Source: Ekhidna sp.
GTDB lineage: Bacteria; Bacteroidota; Bacteroidia; Cytophagales; Cyclobacteriaceae
NCBI RefSeq assembly: GCF_965247405.1
Contig: NZ_OZ252014.1
Span: forward strand, 2,938,569-3,002,568
Direction: 5' to 3'
Length of the DNA: 64,000 bases
Part shown: piece by piece, positions 9,652 through 18,825 of the stretch
Layout of the letters: each line of letters starts with the position of its first letter
How positions within the stretch are numbered: position 1 is the stretch's first letter
Notes under the pieces: generated by a model
Databases searched by the model: none
What the model saw: only the letters and a program-made list of their open reading frames with translations
Told to the model about the DNA's origin: nothing
Program-made: the position numbers and the translations under genes

Positions 9652-10524
9652 ATGCGGAAGCTACTTTTCATACTTACCCTGTTGGTCTTTCATTTTAGCC
9701 ATTCACAATACTTGGATTTGGCTAAACTGGAGTATACCTATCTGCCAGGTGAGGATTCCAATTTTGAATATCAGCGTCAGCGAGCGCTATTCAATATTCC
9801 GTTCAAAGTAAGAGATAAAGGCTACTTCTTTGCAGGACTTGATTTCAGCAACATTCAGTTTAAGTACAAGGAAGATCAGGACTCTTACGATAAAAGGGAG
9901 ACAGAAAATTTCAAGTCCCTGGATCTGGCGATCTCATATATTTATGAACTAACGAATGATTGGTATGTGGGTATGCAGGTTGCTCCTTCCTTTACCAGCA
10001 ACCTGGAAGGGAGATTAGTAAGAAAGGACTTTCTGGTTTCGGGTCTTGTAGTGTTTGTAAAAAATAAGATGAATCCGGAGGAGGTAAAGAAGCCACACCG
10101 AATCATTGCAGGATTATATTATTCCAGCAATACTCGTTTCCCGGCTCCATTTCCTTTTTTCAGTTATTACCGAAAGTTTCATGAAAAGTGGTCGTACACC
10201 ATTGGGGGACCATCCTCAAGTCTGAAGTACTATTTTAATGAGAAAAACCGGTTGCAACTTTATGCCGAAGGCGATGGATTTAACTCAAATATTCAAAATG
10301 GGGTCTTGATCAATGATGAGATATTTGCGGATCGTTTACGAATGTTTTTGATACTAGCTGGACTCAGGTATGAATACAGTATCTCAGACTATTTTGAAGC
10401 ATATGTAAATCTGACCCGTACGGTGTTTGCGGATGTGCAGCTTAGGGAAGGGAAAGAAAATGTATTTTTCCCATCGATTGATAATGCCATGCTTTACCGG
10501 ATAGGAGTGAGATGTAGGATTTAA
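9652..10524 (+). CDS. Putative outer-membrane beta-barrel protein
   Basis: The signal peptide is MRKLLFILTLLVFHFSHSQ (the ORF opens at 9640; the second ATG at 9652 is preferred). Alternating aromatic/hydrophilic strands run throughout, as expected for an OM beta-barrel. Confidence 0.5.
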   Translation: MRKLLFILTLLVFHFSHSQYLDLAKLEYTYLPGEDSNFEYQRQRALFNIPFKVRDKGYFFAGLDFSNIQFKYKEDQDSYDKRETENFKSLDLAISYIYELTNDWYVGMQVAPSFTSNLEGRLVRKDFLVSGLVVFVKNKMNPEEVKKPHRIIAGLYYSSNTRFPAPFPFFSYYRKFHEKWSYTIGGPSSSLKYYFNEKNRLQLYAEGDGFNSNIQNGVLINDEIFADRLRMFLILAGLRYEYSISDYFEAYVNLTRTVFADVQLREGKENVFFPSIDNAMLYRIGVRCRI

Positions 10525-10532
10525 TTGCTATT

Positions 10533-10556
10533 GTCATTTCGACGATAGGAGAAATC
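10533..10556. repeat. GTCATTTCGA...GAGAAATC type repeat (copy 2)
   Basis: The sequence is gtcatttcgacgataggagaaatc. It belongs to the same family as 8067-8101. Confidence 0.6.
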
Positions 10557-10629
10557 CTTAAAATCTGAAATCGCTAAAGGTTGAGTAAATATTTCTCGCT
10601 GCTCCCGCGTGTACGGCTAGGTAGCTCGA

Positions 10630-10708
10630 AGACTTCAAAAAACTTTTTTTCAAAATCCTCCCTCTAACTCCCTCCGAAGGGAGAAATAATTTGTGTTTTT
10701 TGAAGTCT
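10630..10708. repeat. Long hairpin element (14-bp perfect inverted repeat)
   Basis: agacttcaaaaaac (10630-10643) pairs with gttttttgaagtct (10695-10708). The loop carries ctccctctaactccctccgaagggagaa, related to the CCCTCC...GGAGGG hairpins near 53769 and 54005. Confidence 0.55.
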
Positions 10709-10746
10709 AAAATCGGAATGCTGCTCCTGCTCCAGAGAGGGAAGTT

Positions 10747-11886
10747 TCACTTGAAGAAAGTTCCAAAGAAGGCCTGCCAAAACTGAGGTTTATTCAATGA
10801 AAACATCACTTTAATATCTTCTGATAAACTACTTTCTTCATCCAAAAACCGGAATACTGATTTGATACCTGGTTTGGTATAAAGTCGGGTGAAAATATCT
10901 TCTCCCAAATCGTTTCTTGCCGAAAGCACATTCAGGAATATAGAGTCATACATTCGAAATCGTGAGGTTGCAATTCCTTTTTCAGGTCGTCTGCTATTTT
11001 TGATATTTTCCACCATCATGGAAGAGTATCGATCGGCATTTTTGAATGAATAACCCGAGGACGGTCGCACCCAGCCACCTGCTGTGCCGATTTTTGTGGT
11101 GTGCTTTGAGTGGTGTTTGTGAAATGGATAATCTGACATAGGTATCATGCCTTGCTCCACTTCTGTTATTTCGTAATCGAATAGATTTAAGTATGTTTTC
11201 AGATACTTTTCCAGGTATTGATCGTATTCACCCACCATTAGCAACTGATCATTGAAAAGAGTGAACTCTACTAAGGCTTCCGTTTCTGAAACAGGCAGTA
11301 CATAGGTGAAACTGGTGCTGTCCTTCCATTTCAGTCGATAATCCATCATGGTGAAAGAGTCCGGATCAAATACCGGCTTTTTGGTTTTAATAAACCAACC
11401 TTTAAAATGCTGAATCAGCGAGTGATAGTCGTCTTGTCGATCATGAAATCCTTGTGGAATACGGCTATCAAAAATATGTATTGCTGAATAATGATCTTTT
11501 GAGCCTTCAATTTTCTGACCCTCAATATTGGCAATCTCATCAATGATCCAAGTGACATTTGAAGCTGAGGCTAATTCGTCTTTGGCAGAGCGGTAGAAGT
11601 CAGCCGAACGTACCATCTTGTACCGGTAAGGGCTCAGATCAAAATCAATGGTTTCTTTATTGTTGATGAATGCCCCGTGCCGCCAGGAATGAGTAGCTAG
11701 TTTGTCCCATTTGGTTTCTCCCCGCTCCCAAAAGCACCAGGTTCGATCATTCGTATTCTTATGATCCTTGTCTAGAATTAAAATATTCTTCTCCTTGAAA
11801 TAAGCATCACGGATCATTTTAAGCACAAGTTGAAGGCCTGCTGCTCCTGCTCCAATAATGGCATAATCGTATTGCTTCTTATCCAT
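10747..11886 (-). CDS. crtY: Lycopene beta-cyclase
   Basis: The FAD-binding N-terminus is YDYAIIGAGAAGLQLV. The length (about 380 aa) and motifs (FWQAFF C-terminus, GGWVRPSSGYSF) fit CrtY-type cyclases. The ATG at 11886 is preferred over the TTG at 11919. Confidence 0.8.
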   Translation of the reverse strand: MDKKQYDYAIIGAGAAGLQLVLKMIRDAYFKEKNILILDKDHKNTNDRTWCFWERGETKWDKLATHSWRHGAFINNKETIDFDLSPYRYKMVRSADFYRSAKDELASASNVTWIIDEIANIEGQKIEGSKDHYSAIHIFDSRIPQGFHDRQDDYHSLIQHFKGWFIKTKKPVFDPDSFTMMDYRLKWKDSTSFTYVLPVSETEALVEFTLFNDQLLMVGEYDQYLEKYLKTYLNLFDYEITEVEQGMIPMSDYPFHKHHSKHTTKIGTAGGWVRPSSGYSFKNADRYSSMMVENIKNSRRPEKGIATSRFRMYDSIFLNVLSARNDLGEDIFTRLYTKPGIKSVFRFLDEESSLSEDIKVMFSLNKPQFWQAFFGTFFK

Positions 11887-11978
11887 TGGGGTTAAAGATA
11901 AAGAGCCTTGCAAAAGCAAGACTCCCTATTCTCCAAACTATTACTCGTCTCATTAAATCATTTATTCCACTTTTTGTT

Positions 11979-12224
11979 TTAGTGATCTAGTTCTGAGCAT
12001 TCAAATCCGACTTTTTCCAGAATTACTGCAATATTTTTACAGGAGAGCACATAGGACTCTACCTTCAAAACATGCTCCCAATCATCAAGATCTACCGTCC
12101 ATCTTTTTATGCAATGAAGCTGACTAAATGCATGGTCGACTTTTCTGACATCATCTGGGGTACTGATATTACTTTTAAGAATAAGGACGTTAAGGTCTTG
12201 TTTTGGTCTAGTGAGTATTTCCAT
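11979..12224 (-). CDS. Small hypothetical protein (HMA-like fold suspected, no CxxC)
   Basis: 81 aa lying between the TonB-dependent receptor and crtY on the same strand. The beta-alpha-beta-like pattern resembles metal-chaperone folds but has no metal-binding cysteines. Confidence 0.4.
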   Translation of the reverse strand: MEILTRPKQDLNVLILKSNISTPDDVRKVDHAFSQLHCIKRWTVDLDDWEHVLKVESYVLSCKNIAVILEKVGFECSELDH

Positions 12225-12229
12225 GTCTA

Positions 12230-14632
12230 CTAAAATTGAATGCGATACATTACATCAGGGAAGAAACCGATCTGCTCTACCACGTTAATCTGGTCGGTCA
12301 CAGAATTGTACCTTCTTACAAATTCATTCTTTCTGTTGGTCACATTTTGAAAATCCACAAAGAACTGATGAGATACTTTCGGACGGTTCATACGAACGCC
12401 AAGTTTCACATCCCATCGAAAATATTCACCATAACTTTCGCTGTAGGCAACTTCTTCCATCCGGATTTCTCTTCCTGCATTATCTCGTGTTGCTTGTAGG
12501 TCAATAGGAGTGTATGGACGACCACCGGAAGTAGTCATTTTGGTGTCAAACGTCCATGCGTTTCGACCATTCGGTCCAAACTTCCACTCTTTACCGAAGA
12601 GTACATTCAAAACATAGTTGTTGTTAAATGCGGTACTTCTTTCCACTCCGTCACTTCCTTCATATTGTGAATCAAATAGCGATGCAGTTAGTAACATGTA
12701 GTAGTTGTTGCTGAAGAACTTTTCGAGTGTGGTTTCTATCCCATAATTGGATCCCGAACCCTCATTCACGAGTGAGCCTTTCTCCTCGAAAATGAAATCA
12801 TTTCCTTCATTCAACACTGAGTAGCTGGATGGTGTAGGTTCCACTGGTACATCATAAAGGCTTTGATAGTACACTTCTGTTTTTAACCTCCAGTTGGTTC
12901 CCAGGTTGCGGTCCATTGCCAGTACAAAGTGATGCGCTTTCATGAAGTTTAGATCTTCATTTGTTCGTTCGGTCATACCTTGTGAAGTCTCCTCCTGAAG
13001 GAAAAGTATAGGGGTAGGAATGGCTTGTCCATGCAATCCATAAGCGAGACTCCAACGCTGTACGGGACTACTTTGCCAACTGGCGGCTGCTCTTGGCTCC
13101 AGGATAAAGTCATTCATAAATTCGTGATACTGGGTATGCACACCGAATGTGGTTGATATATCATCTGTGAATTTGTACTCTGCCTGAGCATATGTCTGAA
13201 GGAGATTGAATTGCTCGTCTACATCTCTGAAGATTAGAAAGTAGTCCGGCACACCATCATTGTTATTATCCGGTATTGATGCACGATCGTCTCTATCCTC
13301 TATGAAAAGATTCAAATCATAGGTTTCGTTTAGGAAACCAGCCCTCATACTCCATTGGGAATTAAACTTTGTATTGAGTGTGGAAGTGATGGTGTATCTG
13401 TTTTCTCTGTTTCGAAGATTGGTTGCACGGTATTTGCCAATGAGTTCATCATTTACATCAAGCATGCGGTTATCCTGAATGTATTCATTGAAGTTGGTCG
13501 AAGCACCCAAAGAAGTCTTCAAATAGGTATTCTGAGATAGTCTAAGTGTGTGCGCAAGCCCCATGAGGCCCAATTCGTTTTCTACAAATGCATTCTGGGA
13601 TGGGTCGGCGAAAAGATCTGTTTCATCAATTTCATCTCCCAGGAAATCGATGCTGCTTTTGCCGCCAAGTCCAAAGAGTTCAAACCTTCCAATTTTAGTA
13701 TTGCCAAGGTTTACTTTAAACGATAAATCCTGATAATACGGGGTAGCCGAGGTTCCGGTGGCAGCCAGACTGGCGATTCCATACCGGTAGGATGCGACGA
13801 ATGATGAGTTATTCTTTTTGTTTAGCGGCCCCTCAGCCATAAACTCCAGCCCGCTAAATGCGGACATTTGCCCAGTGAACTCAAACTTATCAGTGTTGCC
13901 GTTTCTAAAGAAGACATCAAAAACTGCTGCATTGGCATTCCCATATTCAGCAGGAAATGCTCCGGTAAGAAAATCAGATGTACGAAGCAAGTTGGTGTTT
14001 AGCGCATTTACAGGACCTCCGGTGGTTCCCTGGGTTGCAAAGTGATTGGTTGTCGCAATTGGAATTCCTTCTACCCGCCAAAGCAAACCCACAGGTGAGT
14101 TACCTCTTACTACAATGTCATTTCGTGCATCGTTGGTGGCGTTTACTCCCGCAAAAGAAGTAGCCAGTTTTGCCACATCATTTCTCCCTCCTGAGAAACG
14201 GGTCACTTCTTCAAGGCTAAAGGTTCTGGCACTGACTTTTGCCAGATCATTAATAGGAAGGTCTTTGTCTGCATCGGCCGTGACCACCACCTCTTCCAAT
14301 TTTTCAACTGATTCTTCCAGCAGGACCCGAAGTACGACTTCCTTTCCTGATGTTACCAGGACATTAGGAAGTGTAATGCTTTTGTATCCGAGATAAGTGA
14401 CTGCAAAGGTTTGCCTACCGACCCGCACATTTTCAATTCGAAACTTTCCATCTACATCAGCGACGGCACCTTGCACTGGGTCAGATCCCACAAGCTGGAT
14501 AGTAGCCCCGATCAGTGGGTACTCAGCCTGTGCGTCTAAAATGATTCCCTTTACGGTTTGATCCTGAGCAAGACTGACAATGGATGTCAGGATGCCCAGA
14601 ATAGTAATAATGATAGCTTTTGAGTTCTTCAT
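12230..14632 (-). CDS. TonB-dependent receptor with N-terminal carboxypeptidase-regulatory-like domain
   Basis: 800 aa. It has a signal peptide, a CarbopepD_reg-like start (VKGIILDAQAEYPLIGATIQLVG), a plug region, a long beta-barrel and a C-terminal aromatic residue (MYRIQF). Confidence 0.9.
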   Translation of the reverse strand: MKNSKAIIITILGILTSIVSLAQDQTVKGIILDAQAEYPLIGATIQLVGSDPVQGAVADVDGKFRIENVRVGRQTFAVTYLGYKSITLPNVLVTSGKEVVLRVLLEESVEKLEEVVVTADADKDLPINDLAKVSARTFSLEEVTRFSGGRNDVAKLATSFAGVNATNDARNDIVVRGNSPVGLLWRVEGIPIATTNHFATQGTTGGPVNALNTNLLRTSDFLTGAFPAEYGNANAAVFDVFFRNGNTDKFEFTGQMSAFSGLEFMAEGPLNKKNNSSFVASYRYGIASLAATGTSATPYYQDLSFKVNLGNTKIGRFELFGLGGKSSIDFLGDEIDETDLFADPSQNAFVENELGLMGLAHTLRLSQNTYLKTSLGASTNFNEYIQDNRMLDVNDELIGKYRATNLRNRENRYTITSTLNTKFNSQWSMRAGFLNETYDLNLFIEDRDDRASIPDNNNDGVPDYFLIFRDVDEQFNLLQTYAQAEYKFTDDISTTFGVHTQYHEFMNDFILEPRAAASWQSSPVQRWSLAYGLHGQAIPTPILFLQEETSQGMTERTNEDLNFMKAHHFVLAMDRNLGTNWRLKTEVYYQSLYDVPVEPTPSSYSVLNEGNDFIFEEKGSLVNEGSGSNYGIETTLEKFFSNNYYMLLTASLFDSQYEGSDGVERSTAFNNNYVLNVLFGKEWKFGPNGRNAWTFDTKMTTSGGRPYTPIDLQATRDNAGREIRMEEVAYSESYGEYFRWDVKLGVRMNRPKVSHQFFVDFQNVTNRKNEFVRRYNSVTDQINVVEQIGFFPDVMYRIQF

Positions 14633-14828
14633 CGTGTTGAGTGTTGGTTTTGATGCTAACCTACGAGTGCAAATAGGGTGCGGAAACGCTTTTTGAAGCG
14701 ATATGGTATATTAGATAGTTCAAACCGGAGAATCTGCGCCTGAACTGTGTTTCATTAATTGACAAGATGTAAATCAGGTTTCAGTTCCCTTTATTTCCAT
14801 TTCACACCCTGAAATCTCAGGTTCGCAT

Positions 14829-15914
14829 ATGTACTATTTTGCTGGGTGGTGTTCACTATCTTTATTCACAATAATGGGAAAGCTGAATGAAGTACATGTT
14901 CGTTGGATAGGCATTTTTTTGGTAGCCGTGTTGGCTACTTTAAATGATGGCGATGATCATATGGCTAATGAGCCGCTATGGTTTCACTATTTCGTTTCGC
15001 TGTGCTTTACAGCCGTCTATTGGAATGGCGCCTGGGCAATTATTTATTTCTTCAGGAGAAAATTTCCTGAAATCAGTAAAACAAAGAGACGAATATCACT
15101 TACTGGCTTGAGTATGATTATTTGGATGTCGATCGGGGGGATTCCATTGAAACTGATTTTTGATGTTGTTTCATGGAAGGAGGTCATGACGCTGCAGGAG
15201 CATCTGAGGTATATCCCTTTCAATTTCGTCATAGCAGCAGTAGTCTCTCTTTCCTATGAGGCTTTTTATTTTTTTGAAAAGTGGAAGGACCAATTTCGCT
15301 TGTATGAACAATTGAAAAATCAGCAAATACGAACGCAATACGAAGTTTTACAGAATCAGATGAGTCCGCACTTTCTTTTTAATAGTCTGAATACACTTAC
15401 CTCAATCATTCCTGAGGATGCAGACGCTGCAGTGGCCTTTACGGAAAAACTTTCAGAGGTTTACAGATATATTCTTCAAAATAAAGATCGGGAATTGGTT
15501 AGCCTAAAGGAGGAGTTGGATTTTGTGGAATCGTATTTGTTTTTATTACGAATGAGGTACCCGAATAATTTGAGTTTCCAATTCAATATCGACAAAAAGT
15601 ATCTGGGATTGACAATTCCTCCTTTAACGCTTCAGATGCTGGTGGAGAATGCGATCAAGCACAATGTGGTATCAAAGGCAAAACCACTTCATATCGACAT
15701 TTACATTGATAATGGTAAGTCAGTAGTAGTGAAGAACAATCTTCAGCTAAAAGGGTCACTAGAAAAATCAACCAAGACCGGATTAGAGAATATTCGTAAG
15801 AGATATAGCATTTTGGGTAACCGGAAAATTGATGTGATTACAAGTGCCAGTAACTACATGGTGGCCGTTCCTTTAATTGACTTGTTGGAAGAAAAAGATT
15901 TACACCTGGTATGA
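14829..15914 (+). CDS. LytS/YpdA-type sensor histidine kinase (pair 1)
   Basis: It has a multi-TM N-terminus and the His_kinase (PF06580-type) core: LQNQMSPHFLFNSLNTLTSII...VYRYILQN...LVENAIKHN. Confidence 0.85.
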   Translation: MYYFAGWCSLSLFTIMGKLNEVHVRWIGIFLVAVLATLNDGDDHMANEPLWFHYFVSLCFTAVYWNGAWAIIYFFRRKFPEISKTKRRISLTGLSMIIWMSIGGIPLKLIFDVVSWKEVMTLQEHLRYIPFNFVIAAVVSLSYEAFYFFEKWKDQFRLYEQLKNQQIRTQYEVLQNQMSPHFLFNSLNTLTSIIPEDADAAVAFTEKLSEVYRYILQNKDRELVSLKEELDFVESYLFLLRMRYPNNLSFQFNIDKKYLGLTIPPLTLQMLVENAIKHNVVSKAKPLHIDIYIDNGKSVVVKNNLQLKGSLEKSTKTGLENIRKRYSILGNRKIDVITSASNYMVAVPLIDLLEEKDLHLV

Positions 15915-16672
15915 AGGTATTGATCATAGAAGATGAAGCACCGGCCTTCCGGCGACTGGAGAAAATACTCCATGAAATCGATCCAACAATTGAAATTGTG
16001 GAGGTTTTGGATAGTGTGGAGGACACTGTGAAATGGCTTAAAAATCATGAACAACCTGACTTGGCATTATTGGATATCCAAATCAGTGACGGGATCAGTT
16101 TTCAGATATTTGATGAGACAGAAGTCGCTTGCCCTGTCATATTTACCACTGCTTTTGATGAGTATTTACTTAAAGCATTTAAGGTAAATAGTATCGATTA
16201 TTTGCTGAAACCAATTAAGAAAGAAGACTTACAAGGTGCCTTGGATAAGTACAGGAATCTGAAAGTCAGCTACAATCAAAATGGAATTGATATGGCGACT
16301 CTGCTTAGTCAAATCAATCTGACCGAAACCAAATACAAGTCCAGATTTCTCGTGAAGCAAGGGGATAAGATGATGGCTATTCGATCCGAGGATATTGTTT
16401 GTTTTCATACCAAACATGGAGTGGTTCATATCTTCACGAAGAATGAAAAATCCTATTTGTCAGATTTTACACTGGATGAGTTAGCACAGCAACTAGACCC
16501 TCAAGATTTCTGTAGGGCTAATCGACAATTCGTTCTAAATGCCAATTACATCATCGCTGTTCATAAGTATTTTAAAGGAAAACTTTTGGTAGAGCTTGAA
16601 CATTTCGATGAGGAGCAAATAATTGTGAGCAGCGAAAAGGCGACCACTTTTAAGCAGTGGCTGAATCAATAA
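15911..16672 (+). CDS. LytTR-family response regulator (pair 1)
   Basis: Its start overlaps the kinase stop. It has a receiver domain (MKVLIIEDE ... LALLDIQISDG ... FTTAFDEY ... DYLLKP) and a C-terminal LytTR DNA-binding domain. Confidence 0.9.
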   Translation: MKVLIIEDEAPAFRRLEKILHEIDPTIEIVEVLDSVEDTVKWLKNHEQPDLALLDIQISDGISFQIFDETEVACPVIFTTAFDEYLLKAFKVNSIDYLLKPIKKEDLQGALDKYRNLKVSYNQNGIDMATLLSQINLTETKYKSRFLVKQGDKMMAIRSEDIVCFHTKHGVVHIFTKNEKSYLSDFTLDELAQQLDPQDFCRANRQFVLNANYIIAVHKYFKGKLLVELEHFDEEQIIVSSEKATTFKQWLNQ

Positions 16673-17028
16673 TTCGGTTTAGGTTTTTTCTTTTTTCTGC
16701 CCGTCAAGAATCGAAAAGCATCCACCATTTTATAAGTACCTATTACACCTGTGATGCCACCAGCTACGAGAAGAGCTTGCCCTGCTTCGTCATTTTCTCG
16801 ACCAAGCATAAGACCACCTGCAATGGTGGTGGTATATCCAAGTGTGGCTATGAGTATTCCGCTCTGAAATTTCCTTTGCGATTGTTCAAGGTTTAGGTTG
16901 ATTTCATTTACACCTGCCTCCAGCTTCATGATTCTGTTTTTTAATGAATCGTAAGATGAGGGTGTCTGTGCAAAAAGGGTGGTGGAGGTGATGAAGATTA
17001 AAAAGCTGATTGTTATGCGATAAACCAT
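16666..17028 (-). CDS. Hypothetical membrane protein downstream of response regulator 2
   Basis: 120 aa with a signal/anchor, a short coiled coil and two Gly-rich TM segments. Its start overlaps the end of the RR gene, so it is probably co-transcribed. Confidence 0.45.
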   Translation of the reverse strand: MVYRITISFLIFITSTTLFAQTPSSYDSLKNRIMKLEAGVNEINLNLEQSQRKFQSGILIATLGYTTTIAGGLMLGRENDEAGQALLVAGGITGVIGTYKMVDAFRFLTGRKKKKPKPNY

Positions 17029-17762
17029 TCTTTAAAAGGATTGACTTTTTCTCTGCTCAACACAAGTTCTTCCGAGCTTGGTATTGCCAATGATAACGAT
17101 AATCGTTGATTTTTATAAGGTTTTAAAGCTGTTATGGCTTCCTTGTTCACAATGTGCTTTCTGTTGATTCTGAAAAATGATCTTTGCGAAAGAAGGCCCT
17201 GTTCAAGTTGCTCTAACGTAAAATCAGTCACATATACTTTACCCTCTATAAGGTCAGCAGCATGAACTACTTTGTTTTTGGAATAAAATATAGCCAATTC
17301 TGATTCCTTCTTGGGGATTAGGCGCTGACCTGATTTCAATAAGAACCGTTTGGTCTTTTCTGGCCCAAAACGATCCAGAATTGTTTTTATGTCTGAGTTT
17401 TCGGAATTGGTTTTTTCAAACTTTAAAATGGCTTTAGCCAGATCACTTTGGTCAATAGGTTTCAATAGATAGTGAAGGCTATTTACATCAAAGGCATCTA
17501 GCGTGTACTCATCATAAGCAGTTGTGAAGATGATTGGCACATCACACTTCAATTTTTTGAATATTTCAAAGCTGTTTCCGTCCGCAAGATGAATGTCACA
17601 AAAGATGAGGTCCAGATTGTCATGATGAGTGGAGAGGTATTGAACGGAATCCCGAACCGTATCAAGGGTCTTCAATACCTCATAGTTTGGATGATTATTA
17701 GCAATGATGCGTTTTAAGCGATCTGCAGCTATCTTCTCATCTTCTATTATTATGGTTTTCAT
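17013..17762 (-). CDS. LytTR-family response regulator (pair 2)
   Basis: It has a receiver plus LytTR architecture. The start MKTIIIEDEK at 17762 is preferred over the ORF start at 17777. Confidence 0.9.
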   Translation of the reverse strand: MKTIIIEDEKIAADRLKRIIANNHPNYEVLKTLDTVRDSVQYLSTHHDNLDLIFCDIHLADGNSFEIFKKLKCDVPIIFTTAYDEYTLDAFDVNSLHYLLKPIDQSDLAKAILKFEKTNSENSDIKTILDRFGPEKTKRFLLKSGQRLIPKKESELAIFYSKNKVVHAADLIEGKVYVTDFTLEQLEQGLLSQRSFFRINRKHIVNKEAITALKPYKNQRLSLSLAIPSSEELVLSREKVNPFKEWFIA

Positions 17763-18762
17763 GCGTGATGGATTCAATTACCGGTAGCTTAACAATAAAC
17801 ATACCCGAATTATTTACGATTTCAGGGGTTCTGGACGTGATTAGTACATACCTATTGGAAATGTTATTGAGTCCAATTCCTGAACGACTGGGTTTATTTG
17901 ATCTAGCTTTCGTATTGTTCTCAACAATCAGTTGGTCATTTTGTTGGAAGATCCGGATTTTTAGTGTGTGCGCATTCGAGATTTCATTGTGTTTTATTGC
18001 ATTCTCAATCAGCAGTTGGAGGGTGGAAGGGGGAATGCATTGATCTTTTTCTTGGACGTCTATTTCCACATCCAGATTCTTATGAAAACGAAGTTTTAAA
18101 AGAAAAAGGTAAGAGCTGATAAAAGAAAGTTCCTCATCTAATGATACAAGATTTTCGCGCTCAGTTTTAAGCAAATACCGATAGACTTTTGATAGTTCAT
18201 TTACATATTTTACTGCTGCATCACTATCTTCCTCTATTACTGAGGTGAGAATATTTAGACTATTAAAGAGAAAGTGTGGGTTAACTTGATTTTTAAGGGC
18301 CTCAAGTTTGGCTTCAGTGGTTTGCTTTTTCAACTGCTCAGCTTCTAATCGTGAATTGCTGAGTGCGCGATTGTATTGATAAAGGGCATTGATGGAATGA
18401 AGGAATAGATTGATTCTGAAGGCAAAACCCAAGGTCTGTTTAAATCCTGGTAATAGAATATTCTGTGATGTGATAATCCCCACAACATACGATGCAATGA
18501 TGGACAAAACAGAGACTACAACAATGCTTAGAAGAAAACGGTAGATAAGTTTGGGTGCAAGCTTTTCTATTTTTTTCCAGCATCTTTCTATCAAATGATT
18601 ACATTCCCAAACAGCGAGCGTGAGTGACATTATCACAAGGAGCAATGTGAAATCTCCCAGGTTAGCGGATATGGCTTTATCTCCTTCCGTAAACTTGATG
18701 TTCAAAAAAGAATAAACTCCCAGGAGGGTTATGTAGATATATCTGTATTTGTTGGAGAACAT
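17737..18762 (-). CDS. LytS/YpdA-type sensor histidine kinase (pair 2)
   Basis: LKNQVNPHFLFNSLNILTSVIEEDSDAAVKYVNELSKVYRYLL ... LIENAIKHN. The N-terminus has multiple TM segments. Confidence 0.85.
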   Translation of the reverse strand: MFSNKYRYIYITLLGVYSFLNIKFTEGDKAISANLGDFTLLLVIMSLTLAVWECNHLIERCWKKIEKLAPKLIYRFLLSIVVVSVLSIIASYVVGIITSQNILLPGFKQTLGFAFRINLFLHSINALYQYNRALSNSRLEAEQLKKQTTEAKLEALKNQVNPHFLFNSLNILTSVIEEDSDAAVKYVNELSKVYRYLLKTERENLVSLDEELSFISSYLFLLKLRFHKNLDVEIDVQEKDQCIPPSTLQLLIENAIKHNEISNAHTLKIRIFQQNDQLIVENNTKARSNKPSRSGIGLNNISNRYVLITSRTPEIVNNSGMFIVKLPVIESITHENHNNRR

Positions 18763-18825
18763 TTTAGAAACAATACAAACCCTGCCCTTTAAAAGGGACA
18801 GGGTTATTTGTTGAATAAAATTACT

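Noticed and set aside
14633-14828. TPP-riboswitch-like fragments (CTGAGA ... ACCTGAT on the minus strand) upstream of the TonB-dependent receptor
   Set aside because: The GGGGTGC 5' element and the GG.TAAT.CC.GCG pyrophosphate-sensor helix are missing. The matches are short and partly overlap the kinase gene start.
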